Below are positions 1-8,530 of a DNA stretch of 64,000 nt, piece after piece. The stretch's first letter is position 1. The number at the start of each line of letters is the position of its first letter. The position numbers and the translations under genes were made by a program. The notes under the pieces are model-generated. The model was given only the letters and a program-made list of their open reading frames with translations. It had not been told where the DNA came from and ran no database searches. The DNA is taken from assembly GCF_965656915.1 (NCBI RefSeq), contig NZ_CBFHMI010000004.1:14125-78124 (forward strand), read 5' to 3'. The stretch comes from Winogradskyella sp. Its GTDB lineage: Bacteria > Bacteroidota > Bacteroidia > Flavobacteriales > Flavobacteriaceae.

Positions 1-1
1 T

Positions 2-271
2 TGTAATAAAATGTTTGCATTAGCTTCGTTGTCAAAATGGGAAGCCGGTGATGGGTTTATTAACCTTAAATGCGACCCAGAATATGCACAGAAACTCAGA
101 GCAGAATATGATAGCATAAAACCAGGTTACCATATGCACAAGCAGCAATGGAATAGCGTTTACTTTCAAACAGGTGAATTGTCAGTTACATTAATTTTTG
201 AACTCATTGATCATTCTTACGATACGATTGTAAAAGGATTACCCAAAAAAGTGAGAGAAAGTTTGAAATAA
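2..271 (+). CDS. MmcQ/YjbR family DNA-binding protein (5'-partial)
   Basis: CNKMFAL...INLKCDPE...LR..Y..I.PGYHMHKQQWNSV YjbR pattern; frame is open to the window edge. Confidence 0.85.
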   Translation, partial: CNKMFALASLSKWEAGDGFINLKCDPEYAQKLRAEYDSIKPGYHMHKQQWNSVYFQTGELSVTLIFELIDHSYDTIVKGLPKKVRESLK

Positions 272-297
272 TTCTACATTTGCTACAAACTAAACCT

Positions 298-873
298 ATG
301 TCATTAGAAAAAGAACTTAAACAACGCAGTAATTCAAAATGTGAGCTTTGTGGAAACATTGAAAGCCTCTCTGTTTATAATGTGCCAGATATTAAAGAAA
401 ATGGTCTTAAAACTGCTTTGAATGCTTGTAGTATATGTGTAGAACAAATGTCTGACTCAGATAACATTGAACCTAACCATTGGAGGTGTCTTAATGATAG
501 TATGTGGAGTGAACATGATGCGGTTAAGATTATGGCTTGGAGAATGCTTAATAGGATTGAAGCAGATTGGACTCAAGATTTGTTAAATATGATGTATATG
601 GAGGACGACGTGTTAGATTTAGCTAAAGCCTCTGGTGATGGTGAGGACGATGAAAACAAAATAATCCATAAAGACGTTAATGGTGTAATTTTAGAACAAG
701 GTGATTCCGTAGTTTTAATAAAAGATCTCAAGGTTAAAGGTTCTAGTATGGTGGCCAAACAAGGTACAGCTGTTAGAAATATAAGATTAGATCATGAAAA
801 TGCTGAGTATATTGAAGGCAAGGTCGATGGACAACATATTGTAATTATTACGCAATATGTAAAGAAAACTTAA
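298..873 (+). CDS. PhnA-domain zinc-ribbon protein
   Basis: N-terminal CELC...CSIC; C-terminal D.NG..L..GDSV.LIKDLKVKGSS...KQGT.VRNIRL; ATG 298 preferred over TTG 280. Confidence 0.8.
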   Translation: MSLEKELKQRSNSKCELCGNIESLSVYNVPDIKENGLKTALNACSICVEQMSDSDNIEPNHWRCLNDSMWSEHDAVKIMAWRMLNRIEADWTQDLLNMMYMEDDVLDLAKASGDGEDDENKIIHKDVNGVILEQGDSVVLIKDLKVKGSSMVAKQGTAVRNIRLDHENAEYIEGKVDGQHIVIITQYVKKT

Positions 874-1010
874 TCTTCATTTTTCTTTTTGAACAGTCCA
901 AATCCTAGAGGAAGCACAAAAACAAAGAAAAGGTATTGACCTGTTATAATTCCATATATAGTAATTAACGCTAACAGGATCATCAATATAACTTTGAGGT
1001 TATAGTTCAT
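870..1010 (-). CDS. small 46-aa membrane protein (below ORF-track cutoff)
   Basis: Manual translation MNYNLKVILMILLALITIYGIITGQYLFFVFVLPLGFGLFKKKNED*; two hydrophobic stretches and a basic tail; stop overlaps the PhnA-gene stop. Confidence 0.55.
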   Translation of the reverse strand: MNYNLKVILMILLALITIYGIITGQYLFFVFVLPLGFGLFKKKNED

Positions 1011-1050
1011 AATACAAATATAAATTCTTCATTTTAAACGAGATAACATA

Positions 1051-1320
1051 ATTTTAGAGATTAGGGCAACATGCGAAAATTGTAACAAAGAACTGCCTTT
1101 TTGACTCAGATGAAGCTAGGATTGTACTTCCTTTTAGTATTGTGTAGAGCTGTTACATCAAGTTTGCACTAATTGCAGTGGTTTTAAAAAAGATATTTAA
1201 GACCTAACCATCTTCTAAAAAATAGCCAGTTTCAAATAAAACAGTAGATAAACCCACCGATAATAAGGCACATTGTAAGAATTTAAATACTTGATTTATA
1301 TTCCCTTAACCGTTCGTCAA
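1051..1320 (+). pseudogene. decayed DUF1272 (Cys-rich zinc-binding) gene
   Basis: ATT-LEIRATCENCNKELPF / DSDEARI / CVELLHQVCTNCSGF / RPNHLL / PVSNKTVDKP spread over several frames with stops; start codon lost; 3' end approximate. Confidence 0.7.
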
Positions 1321-1458
1321 TAATATTAAACACTTTTATTTTTTCGTCCTATTTTTTACTTCCGTTAATCGAATAATATTTAATACTTCACAATAAATGT
1401 TGAAATTAAAGTATTGATTATTAGCTCCAAATGTATTGTTCAATTTAAATGAAGTGTT

Positions 1459-1740
1459 ATGTCACTAGAGATTTCTTATTACAATAATTATTATAAGCTT
1501 AAAGGAGCTTTAAATAAAATAAACCTTAAAACATTCGATTCTCACTTCAAAAGTATTTTTGAGAAAACCAATAAAATAACTATTGATATAGAAAATATTG
1601 CTAGTATAGACAGACATGGAGTAATGGCATTAGCTAAGTTGCATAATGAAGCCATTATGAAAAATAAAAGTCTATCTATAATTGGACTTGGTTGTAAAGA
1701 ATTATACGAACATTTCAGAGGTACTGAAACCGCTGCTTAG
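1459..1740 (+). CDS. single STAS-domain protein
   Basis: LKGAL...ITIDIENIASIDRHGVMAL...LSIIG STAS pattern, 93 aa. Confidence 0.75.
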   Translation: MSLEISYYNNYYKLKGALNKINLKTFDSHFKSIFEKTNKITIDIENIASIDRHGVMALAKLHNEAIMKNKSLSIIGLGCKELYEHFRGTETAA

Positions 1741-1763
1741 TTCAAAAAAAATAAAGCTATTTA

Positions 1764-1822
1764 AAAGTGCGTTCTATACATTTGTGGTGACATATAAATG
1801 TTTCGGATGCACTTTCTTTTTT
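1764..1822 (+). terminator. probable intrinsic terminator after the STAS gene
   Basis: AAAGTGCGTTC...GGATGCACTTT stem (with G-U pairs) followed by CTTTTTT, between convergent genes. Confidence 0.55.
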
Positions 1823-1838
1823 AATTGTATTGTGAATT

Positions 1839-2306
1839 TTAGCAAGACATATCTGCTATAATTTTCCACTCACCATTAATTTTTTTGAAAATAATTATAA
1901 AGACGCCGTCGGCATCTCCAATATCTCGTTTAAGATGATACTCACCCATTACCCAGTAATTATCTCCTTCAATTTTCGATATATCGTTAATTACAAAATT
2001 TAAAGTGCCGCTTTCTGCTTTGGTCGGATAGTTTTTCTCATAATTTGTCAGTATTTGCTCCCAGCCTAGTGTTAAGCCATTAGAGCCGTAAAATTTAAGC
2101 TCATCACTTTTCCAATAGCCTTGCATAAACCCTTCTAGATTGTGTTTATTCCAATCTAATTCTTGTTGTTCCATTACCAGCCTAATGCCAGCTTCTGCCA
2201 TGTTCTTTTCAGTATCCTGCTGCACTGTATCAGTAGTAATATCTGCTTTAACGCTTATACAACTAAGGCATAATAATCCTATAAATAAAATGATAATATG
2301 TTTCAT
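1839..2306 (-). CDS. NTF2-like (DUF4440/YybH) exported protein
   Basis: Signal peptide; WN...LEGFMQGYWKSD.L.F; G.F..IFKKINGEWKII.D. Confidence 0.8.
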   Translation of the reverse strand: MKHIIILFIGLLCLSCISVKADITTDTVQQDTEKNMAEAGIRLVMEQQELDWNKHNLEGFMQGYWKSDELKFYGSNGLTLGWEQILTNYEKNYPTKAESGTLNFVINDISKIEGDNYWVMGEYHLKRDIGDADGVFIIIFKKINGEWKIIADMSC

Positions 2307-2349
2307 GAGATTGAGATTTAATATTCAATCTAAAAATAAGCACAAATAA

Positions 2350-3450
2350 CTAAAGAATACCTTTCTGTTTGTTTAAAAAAGCATCAGCTTGATGTTGTAG
2401 TAATTCGCGTGCCTTCTTACGCTTGTAATTCATTATTTCTTCTTCATCAGCAATCTCGGTGTAGACCTTATTGTTGATGCTATTATCTGTTTTTAAGATA
2501 AGTTTACGTTCTGCTACTTGTTGAGACGTCCAGGTTTTAATTGTCGTTTCCTGATCTTCTAATCTAAAATCAAATTCACCTTTTGGTGATAACAATTTCG
2601 CGAAAATTGGAGAGGTTTCTATAGCAAGAAACAACAAGAATATAAAGAATGAATGTAGCCATGGTAGCTTACCCAAGGCATTAACTCTAGCCATTAAACC
2701 ATCAAAATTGTCTATGATAGGTTGCGAATCGGCAACGTTAGCTTTATAATCTCCCTGCAAGGACCTAATTTCAGATTCTAAAGCCAAAATTTTAGCTTTA
2801 TTATCAGTCTTCAATTGTTGCAACTCAGCCAAACCAGCATCATGCTTTTCACGTTTTTCCTTATATACAGGCCCTTTACCTAAAAGCTTTGTGCCAGCAG
2901 TACCTTCAGCTTCAGAAATATAAGTATCATATAATGTATTAACTTCTGTTTCCTTTGTGCTTATTTGAGATTGCAGGCCTAATATTTGATTTTCTAAGTC
3001 TGAAATTTTAGGATTAAACTGTTTAGCAATCTGATTTTGGTTGGCTAAGGTGAGTTCATTTTTTTGTTCTAATAAAACCTGATTGATTTCCTTCTCAAAT
3101 ATTTTAAGTTCTAGAGGCTTTGAAATGACTACAGCAATAATTACAGCCAACAATATACGTGGAGTAGCTTGTAGAATTTCATCCATGATATGGTCACTTT
3201 TTTTAATGGTAGATACAATGTAACGGTCTAAATTAAAAATGAGTAAACCCCAAATTAGACCAAAAAAGATGGACGTGTATGGGTTATCAAAAACAGTGTA
3301 AAGTGCATAACTGGCTGCTATTGTTGCCATAAGTGCCGTAAAAAAAACAATAGCACCTATGCCAGCATATTTATTTTGTTCGCCAATAGAACAGTCTTTA
3401 AGTATATCGGTATCAGCTCCTGAGCAAAGGATAAAGAATTGTTTTAACAT
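2350..3450 (-). CDS. DUF4407 membrane coiled-coil protein
   Basis: N-terminal TMs with WGLLIFNLDR and ISKPLELKIFEKEI; E.EG...T...G.GP.Y motif; coiled coil. Confidence 0.85.
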   Translation of the reverse strand: MLKQFFILCSGADTDILKDCSIGEQNKYAGIGAIVFFTALMATIAASYALYTVFDNPYTSIFFGLIWGLLIFNLDRYIVSTIKKSDHIMDEILQATPRILLAVIIAVVISKPLELKIFEKEINQVLLEQKNELTLANQNQIAKQFNPKISDLENQILGLQSQISTKETEVNTLYDTYISEAEGTAGTKLLGKGPVYKEKREKHDAGLAELQQLKTDNKAKILALESEIRSLQGDYKANVADSQPIIDNFDGLMARVNALGKLPWLHSFFIFLLFLAIETSPIFAKLLSPKGEFDFRLEDQETTIKTWTSQQVAERKLILKTDNSINNKVYTEIADEEEIMNYKRKKARELLQHQADAFLNKQKGIL

Positions 3451-3480
3451 GATTTGTTTGATTTTTGATTGATTGACTAT

Positions 3481-3509
3481 TAGAACGCCAGAACTAGTTA
3501 TTTGTTACA
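3481..3509 (-). promoter_or_regulatory. putative ECF-sigma promoter of the DUF4407 gene
   Basis: Minus strand TGTAAC-N16-CGTTCTA, matching the AAC-N16-CGT ECF pattern. Confidence 0.5.
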
Positions 3510-3587
3510 TATTTTAATGAAAAAAGCCCTATCAAAATTTAAAATAGGATAGGACTAATATTAAAACTTAGGAATTCAAGCTTATTA

Positions 3588-6500
3588 TTAATTTCGTTTT
3601 AATTCTCTTATGTGATTTTTAATTTTTTCATACATAATATCAATTTCACCAAATGTTCCTGTAAATTCTGACTTATAATCATTTATAATTTTATTATCAA
3701 CCATAATCTTATCGTCAATCTCTAGGACAACCCTAATTGAATCTCCATTTTTCAAACTCTCAAAATTATCTTTAAATGCTTTCTTTAAGTCCCAATCGAT
3801 TTTTTTAGCATTTTTAAGAGATGAAAATGTAAAACTCATTGCTTTTTGACTACTAATATTTGAATTATCTTCACCAGCCTCCTCTTTTATTTTGAGTGGT
3901 TTTTTGGTTTGGGTTAAGTTATTTTCTTCTTTTTGTTGGGCATTTGAGTCTGTTTTTGCTGGTGTAGCAATTATTTTGGCTCCTGAAAGTTCTTTTTTGT
4001 TAACATATATTTTTAGCTCATCTTGTTTATCTTCATTTTTAGAATTTAAATAAATCTTACCAGTACTTTTTCCATTATCATCTATATATTCGTAAGATGC
4101 CATTCCAACACTAACCTTCCAAGGACTAGATTTTGTAGTATCAATAGTAATAGGCTCATTAAAAATTTTCTTTTCTTTGGCTTTGGCCTCCTCTAGTGTT
4201 AAACCAGAATAAAGGCTGAATGGTTTTTTGGGCACACCTGATTTATTAATATTTTCATTATAGCTAATACTGTTAATCCAAACATTAGCTTTTTTAAGTT
4301 CTTTTTGAATGGTTTTTGCTAAGTCTAAATATTTATTTTTCTCCAATGCTATAGATGCAGTTACATATTTTCTATGGTCTTCATTCGATAAATTTTGATT
4401 TAGTTTTTCAACCTCACCATTAATAGCATCAAAGTCAATAATTTTTCCATTCAATTGTATGTTTTTATTGCTATCAATAATAATTTCAATAGGCTGAATT
4501 TTGACTGTTTGTTGGGTTGAATTTACGTTTGGACTATCATTAGATTTATTTTTTGGTGTTTCAGGTGCTGGTGGTGGAGGTGGTTGTGGAGGTGGAATAT
4601 TTGGCCATGGTTCGGCAGTCTCGCGTTGTGCTTCAGTCATTAGGGTACTATAAATATTATAGTATTTATCGTAATCTTCTTTCTTAATTCTTGGATAGTA
4701 ACTTTTGTTATTGCCAGACTCTGCTTTTTTTATAGCTATATTCATTTTTTTAGCCCAAACATCGTATTCTGCAATTTCAATAACTGTAGCTCTTTCTGGA
4801 GCTGGTGGTGGCGGAGGTGGAAAACTTGGCCATGGCTCTGCTACTTTCTTCTGAGCTTCTGTCATAATAGCGTAAATAGCCTTGTATTTATTGACCTCTT
4901 TTACTTTTACAATTGGATATTCATTAACATCATTATTAGCCTTTGCTTTAGCCATTTTATCATTTATGGCTTTAGCCCAAGTATTATAAGCTGCGATTTG
5001 TTTTTTTGTAGCCTTTTGTTGTTCTGTTACAGAAATATTTTCTTCTGTACCACTTATATCGAGATCTGGAAATGGATGCTCAATTGCTTGCTTTTTCTGT
5101 TGCACTGACATTCTATTATAGATACCAGAGTATTTTATTAAATCTTGTTCATTAATAGGTGGATACCACGTAGCATCTTTTGAAAGTTTTTTACTTTCAG
5201 CATGTATCTTTTTAGCCCAAACATTATAAGCTTCAACTTCTTTTTCTGTTGCTTTTTCTTGTTTATAGTTAGGATTATAGACAGTCGCTTCTTTTGGACT
5301 AAAAGCGAGTACGCTTAAATTAGGACCTAAAGCAGACATGATTTTTTCTACGATTTCCGCACTTACTCTAGTTTCAGTTTTTAGTCTTACACCTGTTCCA
5401 GCAAATTGTATAATGCTATTAAAATCTTCTTCTAAGGTTTTTAATGTTGTTTTTTTATTATTAAGCCATAGGTTTTGTTCAGAATCAATTCTTAGAACTG
5501 GTTCATTATAATAGAATAAGTCAGTTGCTTCCTCATCTGAATATGGAATAGGTCTTGTTTTAAAGATATTAAATTGAGTTTTCTCTTCATCTGAAAATGA
5601 TTTAAATAAATCATCGGCAACCGATTTTAAGTATTTTGCTCTCTCGTCGTCAATGTATCTGTTATCATTTATAAATAATCTAACTGCTTTGTTATAGTTA
5701 TCGGCAGCTTCTCTATACGTTTTAACTTTATCCAATTGAGATTTGGAAACATCAGATAGATTTGATGAAAGGTAATCTCTTTCAACATATTCTTTTTCAG
5801 CAAAACTGTAATAAAGAATTGCAATAATTGGCAAGAGTAACAATGCGCTTACCCAAATTCGGGTTTTGGATGTTTGTGTTTTCATAACTGTAAATCGTTT
5901 TTTGATGGATGAATAATTGATGGCACTCGAGAGTTGATAGTTTTGAGTGTTTGATGAAAATTGTAATAATATGTTCTGATATTTTTTTTGATCAATACCA
6001 TTATTTAGCACGGCTTGATCTGCTAAAAATTCGTGATTTAATTTAATATGATGTTTTAAAATGTATATCAGTGGATGAAACCAGAATACAATCTGAAGTA
6101 ATTCAATAATTAAAACATCTAGACTATGCATTTGCTTCGCGTGGGTTTCCTCATGAAGAATAACTTCTTTTGGTATGCTATCATTTTCAAACTTAGTTTT
6201 GTTCAAAAAGATATATTTAAAGAACGAATGCGGAATACGATAATCTTTTAGTAGTACATAAATGAAATTGCGGGCTGAAACCTTATCGTTAGTTGAAATC
6301 TGGCGATATAGTTTAGCCAGGTTAACTATAAATCGAGTTGCAAATAAAACAACACCTAGTCCATAGATCAACCAAAGGACACGTTCTAAAGTAAAAAGTG
6401 ATTCCTCTTGAAGCGGAACTTCCGCTAATGAAGTTTCAAAAGGAACAGTCATTGGCATTTCCACAAAATTATTTACGACGGGCTCAATGTAGTAGGTAAT

Positions 6501-6650
6501 TGTCAATAAAGGAATGGTTAGCGATAAGAAAACAGAAACTAACAGATAAAAACGCTTTAAATGATGCATTTTTTGGCGCTCTAGAAAAAGTATATAAACT
6601 AACCAAAAGACCAATAAACAAGCCGAAAATTTTAATAGATATATATCCAT
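3588..6650 (-). CDS. BlaR1/MecR1-like M56 metallopeptidase with repeat-rich C-terminal extension
   Basis: N-terminal TMs, HSFFKYIF, HEETH (HExxH), WFHP, HEFLAD, KKRFTVM; directly follows a BlaI-family gene. Confidence 0.9.
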   Translation of the reverse strand: MDIYLLKFSACLLVFWLVYILFLERQKMHHLKRFYLLVSVFLSLTIPLLTITYYIEPVVNNFVEMPMTVPFETSLAEVPLQEESLFTLERVLWLIYGLGVVLFATRFIVNLAKLYRQISTNDKVSARNFIYVLLKDYRIPHSFFKYIFLNKTKFENDSIPKEVILHEETHAKQMHSLDVLIIELLQIVFWFHPLIYILKHHIKLNHEFLADQAVLNNGIDQKKYQNILLQFSSNTQNYQLSSAINYSSIKKRFTVMKTQTSKTRIWVSALLLLPIIAILYYSFAEKEYVERDYLSSNLSDVSKSQLDKVKTYREAADNYNKAVRLFINDNRYIDDERAKYLKSVADDLFKSFSDEEKTQFNIFKTRPIPYSDEEATDLFYYNEPVLRIDSEQNLWLNNKKTTLKTLEEDFNSIIQFAGTGVRLKTETRVSAEIVEKIMSALGPNLSVLAFSPKEATVYNPNYKQEKATEKEVEAYNVWAKKIHAESKKLSKDATWYPPINEQDLIKYSGIYNRMSVQQKKQAIEHPFPDLDISGTEENISVTEQQKATKKQIAAYNTWAKAINDKMAKAKANNDVNEYPIVKVKEVNKYKAIYAIMTEAQKKVAEPWPSFPPPPPPAPERATVIEIAEYDVWAKKMNIAIKKAESGNNKSYYPRIKKEDYDKYYNIYSTLMTEAQRETAEPWPNIPPPQPPPPPAPETPKNKSNDSPNVNSTQQTVKIQPIEIIIDSNKNIQLNGKIIDFDAINGEVEKLNQNLSNEDHRKYVTASIALEKNKYLDLAKTIQKELKKANVWINSISYNENINKSGVPKKPFSLYSGLTLEEAKAKEKKIFNEPITIDTTKSSPWKVSVGMASYEYIDDNGKSTGKIYLNSKNEDKQDELKIYVNKKELSGAKIIATPAKTDSNAQQKEENNLTQTKKPLKIKEEAGEDNSNISSQKAMSFTFSSLKNAKKIDWDLKKAFKDNFESLKNGDSIRVVLEIDDKIMVDNKIINDYKSEFTGTFGEIDIMYEKIKNHIRELKRN
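4560..5265 (-). repeat. three tandem ~75-aa internal repeats in the M56 protein
   Basis: AT...I..YN.WAK.IN...YP.I....Y..IY..MT..QK..AEPWP..PPPPP repeated three times; boundaries approximate. Confidence 0.85.
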
Positions 6651-6652
6651 AA

Positions 6653-7018
6653 TTACTTGTTTTTTATTTCTTGGTCTATAATAGACTTTAATTTTTCTAA
6701 TTCTTCCTTGGTTAAGTCTGTTTTACGAGTAAAGAATGAAGCAAACTGTGAAGCACTATCGTTAAAAAAGGTTTTTATTAACCCATTAACGTGTTTAGAG
6801 AAATAATCTTCCTTTTTCACTAAAGGAAAGTATTCTCTGGATTTTCCATAAGTTTTGTAGTCTACAAAACCTTTGCCTATCATTCGCTTTAATAACGTAG
6901 CAACAGTAGTTGTTGCTGGTTTTGGCTCAGGATAAATTTCTAAAAGGTCTTTCATAAAAGCTTTTTCAAGCTTCCATAGATATTGCATCAGTTGTTCTTC
7001 AGTTTTAGAAAGTTGCAT
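6653..7018 (-). CDS. BlaI/MecI/CopY family repressor
   Basis: LSKTEEQLMQYLW...PKPATTTVATLLKRM..KGFV...Y.PLV....Y. Confidence 0.92.
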   Translation of the reverse strand: MQLSKTEEQLMQYLWKLEKAFMKDLLEIYPEPKPATTTVATLLKRMIGKGFVDYKTYGKSREYFPLVKKEDYFSKHVNGLIKTFFNDSASQFASFFTRKTDLTKEELEKLKSIIDQEIKNK

Positions 7019-7019
7019 G

Positions 7020-7075
7020 TTCTACATATTTAGAATTAACTCTACAAATGTAGAATATAAAATTGAAATATCAAA
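7020..7075 (-). promoter_or_regulatory. two BlaI-type operators overlapping the blaI-like promoter
   Basis: TCTACATATTTAGA (7021-7034) and TCTACAAATGTAGA (7041-7054), 20 bp apart; minus strand TTTG-N19-TACATTTG Bacteroidetes promoter. Confidence 0.75.
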
Positions 7076-7137
7076 ATCATCTGGTCTAAAACCCTGTAAA
7101 TGCTTATATTTGTTATCTTTAGAAGTGAAAATCCCAA

Positions 7138-8529
7138 ATGATGAACAAGACATTTCTTTATATAATTGTTGCTTTTGTAACGCTGAATTTATCGTATTCA
7201 CAATCAATACAAGATATTATTGATCAGGTGAATCAACCAAATTTAGAAACCAATGTTGCAATACTTGCAGGCGAGCAAGATGCCGTAATTAACGGAACAC
7301 TTCAAACAATTCCTTCGCGGTTTAGAACAGTAAACGATTTAGCTGCAGATTTTATTGAAGAACAATTTCTAGCTTTAGATAATCTTACCGTTGAAATTCA
7401 AGATTTCAACACATCTGGTAAAAATGTCATTGCCACCCAAATTGGACAAACCAATCCGGACGATATTTATATGATTTGTGCACACTATGATTCGGTAACC
7501 ACATACTGCGCAGATGATAATGCCACAGGTGTAGCCGCAGTATTAGAAATAGCAAGAATAATGTCCACCCAATGCACGGACAATACCATTGTATATGCTA
7601 TTTGGGACGAAGAAGAAAATGGACTAAATGGCTCCGATTTTTATGCCGTTGAAGCAGCAGATACATCTAATGGCAATACTAGAGACAATATTTTAGGTGT
7701 TATTAATATGGATATGATAGGTTATGATGGAGATGCGCCTGGAACTGCAGGTGATAATGATTTTGATATCGATGTTAGAAATTTTGCAAACTCTCTAGGT
7801 ATAGTTTCAGATTTAGAACAAATTTTAATGAATTATACGTTCGATTTAAATCCTCTAATAGTCAATCCAGGAACATCAGCAAGTGATCATTCGCGATTTT
7901 GGGCTCAAGGCTATTCGGCAGTTTTAGTTGGTGAATCTTGGGAAACAAATGATCAAACACCAGATTATCATACGTCAGACGATCGCACTGACGATATTGA
8001 TTTTCAGTACATGACCGAAATCACCAAACTTGTAGCTGCCTATATTGCAACAAAAAGTGGTTTGGTAAACGTTGATAATACAGTAAGCCAGAATGCAACA
8101 AGTCTAATCTCTGATGATACTGCAGGTGCTTATCAGTGGTATAATTGTGATACGGATACTGCAATTGTGGGAGAAATTAATCAAACGTTTACGCCAATTT
8201 CAAACGGAAATTATTCAGTTGAAGTGACTAATGGATCTTGCATAGAACGCAGTGTATGTATTAATTTCAATACTCTGACTACCGAGCAATTTACCAATGA
8301 GGATGTAAATATCTATCCTAATCCTGTATCGTCAATTTTAAAAATAGACAATAATACAGGTGAAGAAATTTCTATAGAAATTATTGATATTTCAGGTAAG
8401 TTATATAATACCTTAAAGACTAAAAACACAATAAATTCTGTAGACTTAAGCGATATAGCAACTGGAGTTTATTTTGTAAAAGTTTCGACCCTATCAAAAT
8501 CTTCAACCTACAAAATCGTAAAAGAATAG
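7138..8529 (+). CDS. M28 family peptidase with T9SS C-terminal sorting domain
   Basis: AHYDS, ADDNATG, EENGL.GS, NMDMIG, SDH, YHT; IYPNPV...GVYFVKV...KIVKE CTD; TATATTTG at 7105-7112. Confidence 0.9.
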   Translation: MMNKTFLYIIVAFVTLNLSYSQSIQDIIDQVNQPNLETNVAILAGEQDAVINGTLQTIPSRFRTVNDLAADFIEEQFLALDNLTVEIQDFNTSGKNVIATQIGQTNPDDIYMICAHYDSVTTYCADDNATGVAAVLEIARIMSTQCTDNTIVYAIWDEEENGLNGSDFYAVEAADTSNGNTRDNILGVINMDMIGYDGDAPGTAGDNDFDIDVRNFANSLGIVSDLEQILMNYTFDLNPLIVNPGTSASDHSRFWAQGYSAVLVGESWETNDQTPDYHTSDDRTDDIDFQYMTEITKLVAAYIATKSGLVNVDNTVSQNATSLISDDTAGAYQWYNCDTDTAIVGEINQTFTPISNGNYSVEVTNGSCIERSVCINFNTLTTEQFTNEDVNIYPNPVSSILKIDNNTGEEISIEIIDISGKLYNTLKTKNTINSVDLSDIATGVYFVKVSTLSKSSTYKIVKE

Positions 8530-8530
8530 T

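Noticed and set aside
4560-4825. GGT/GGA-rich microsatellite
   Set aside because: Explained by poly-proline codons in the M56 protein
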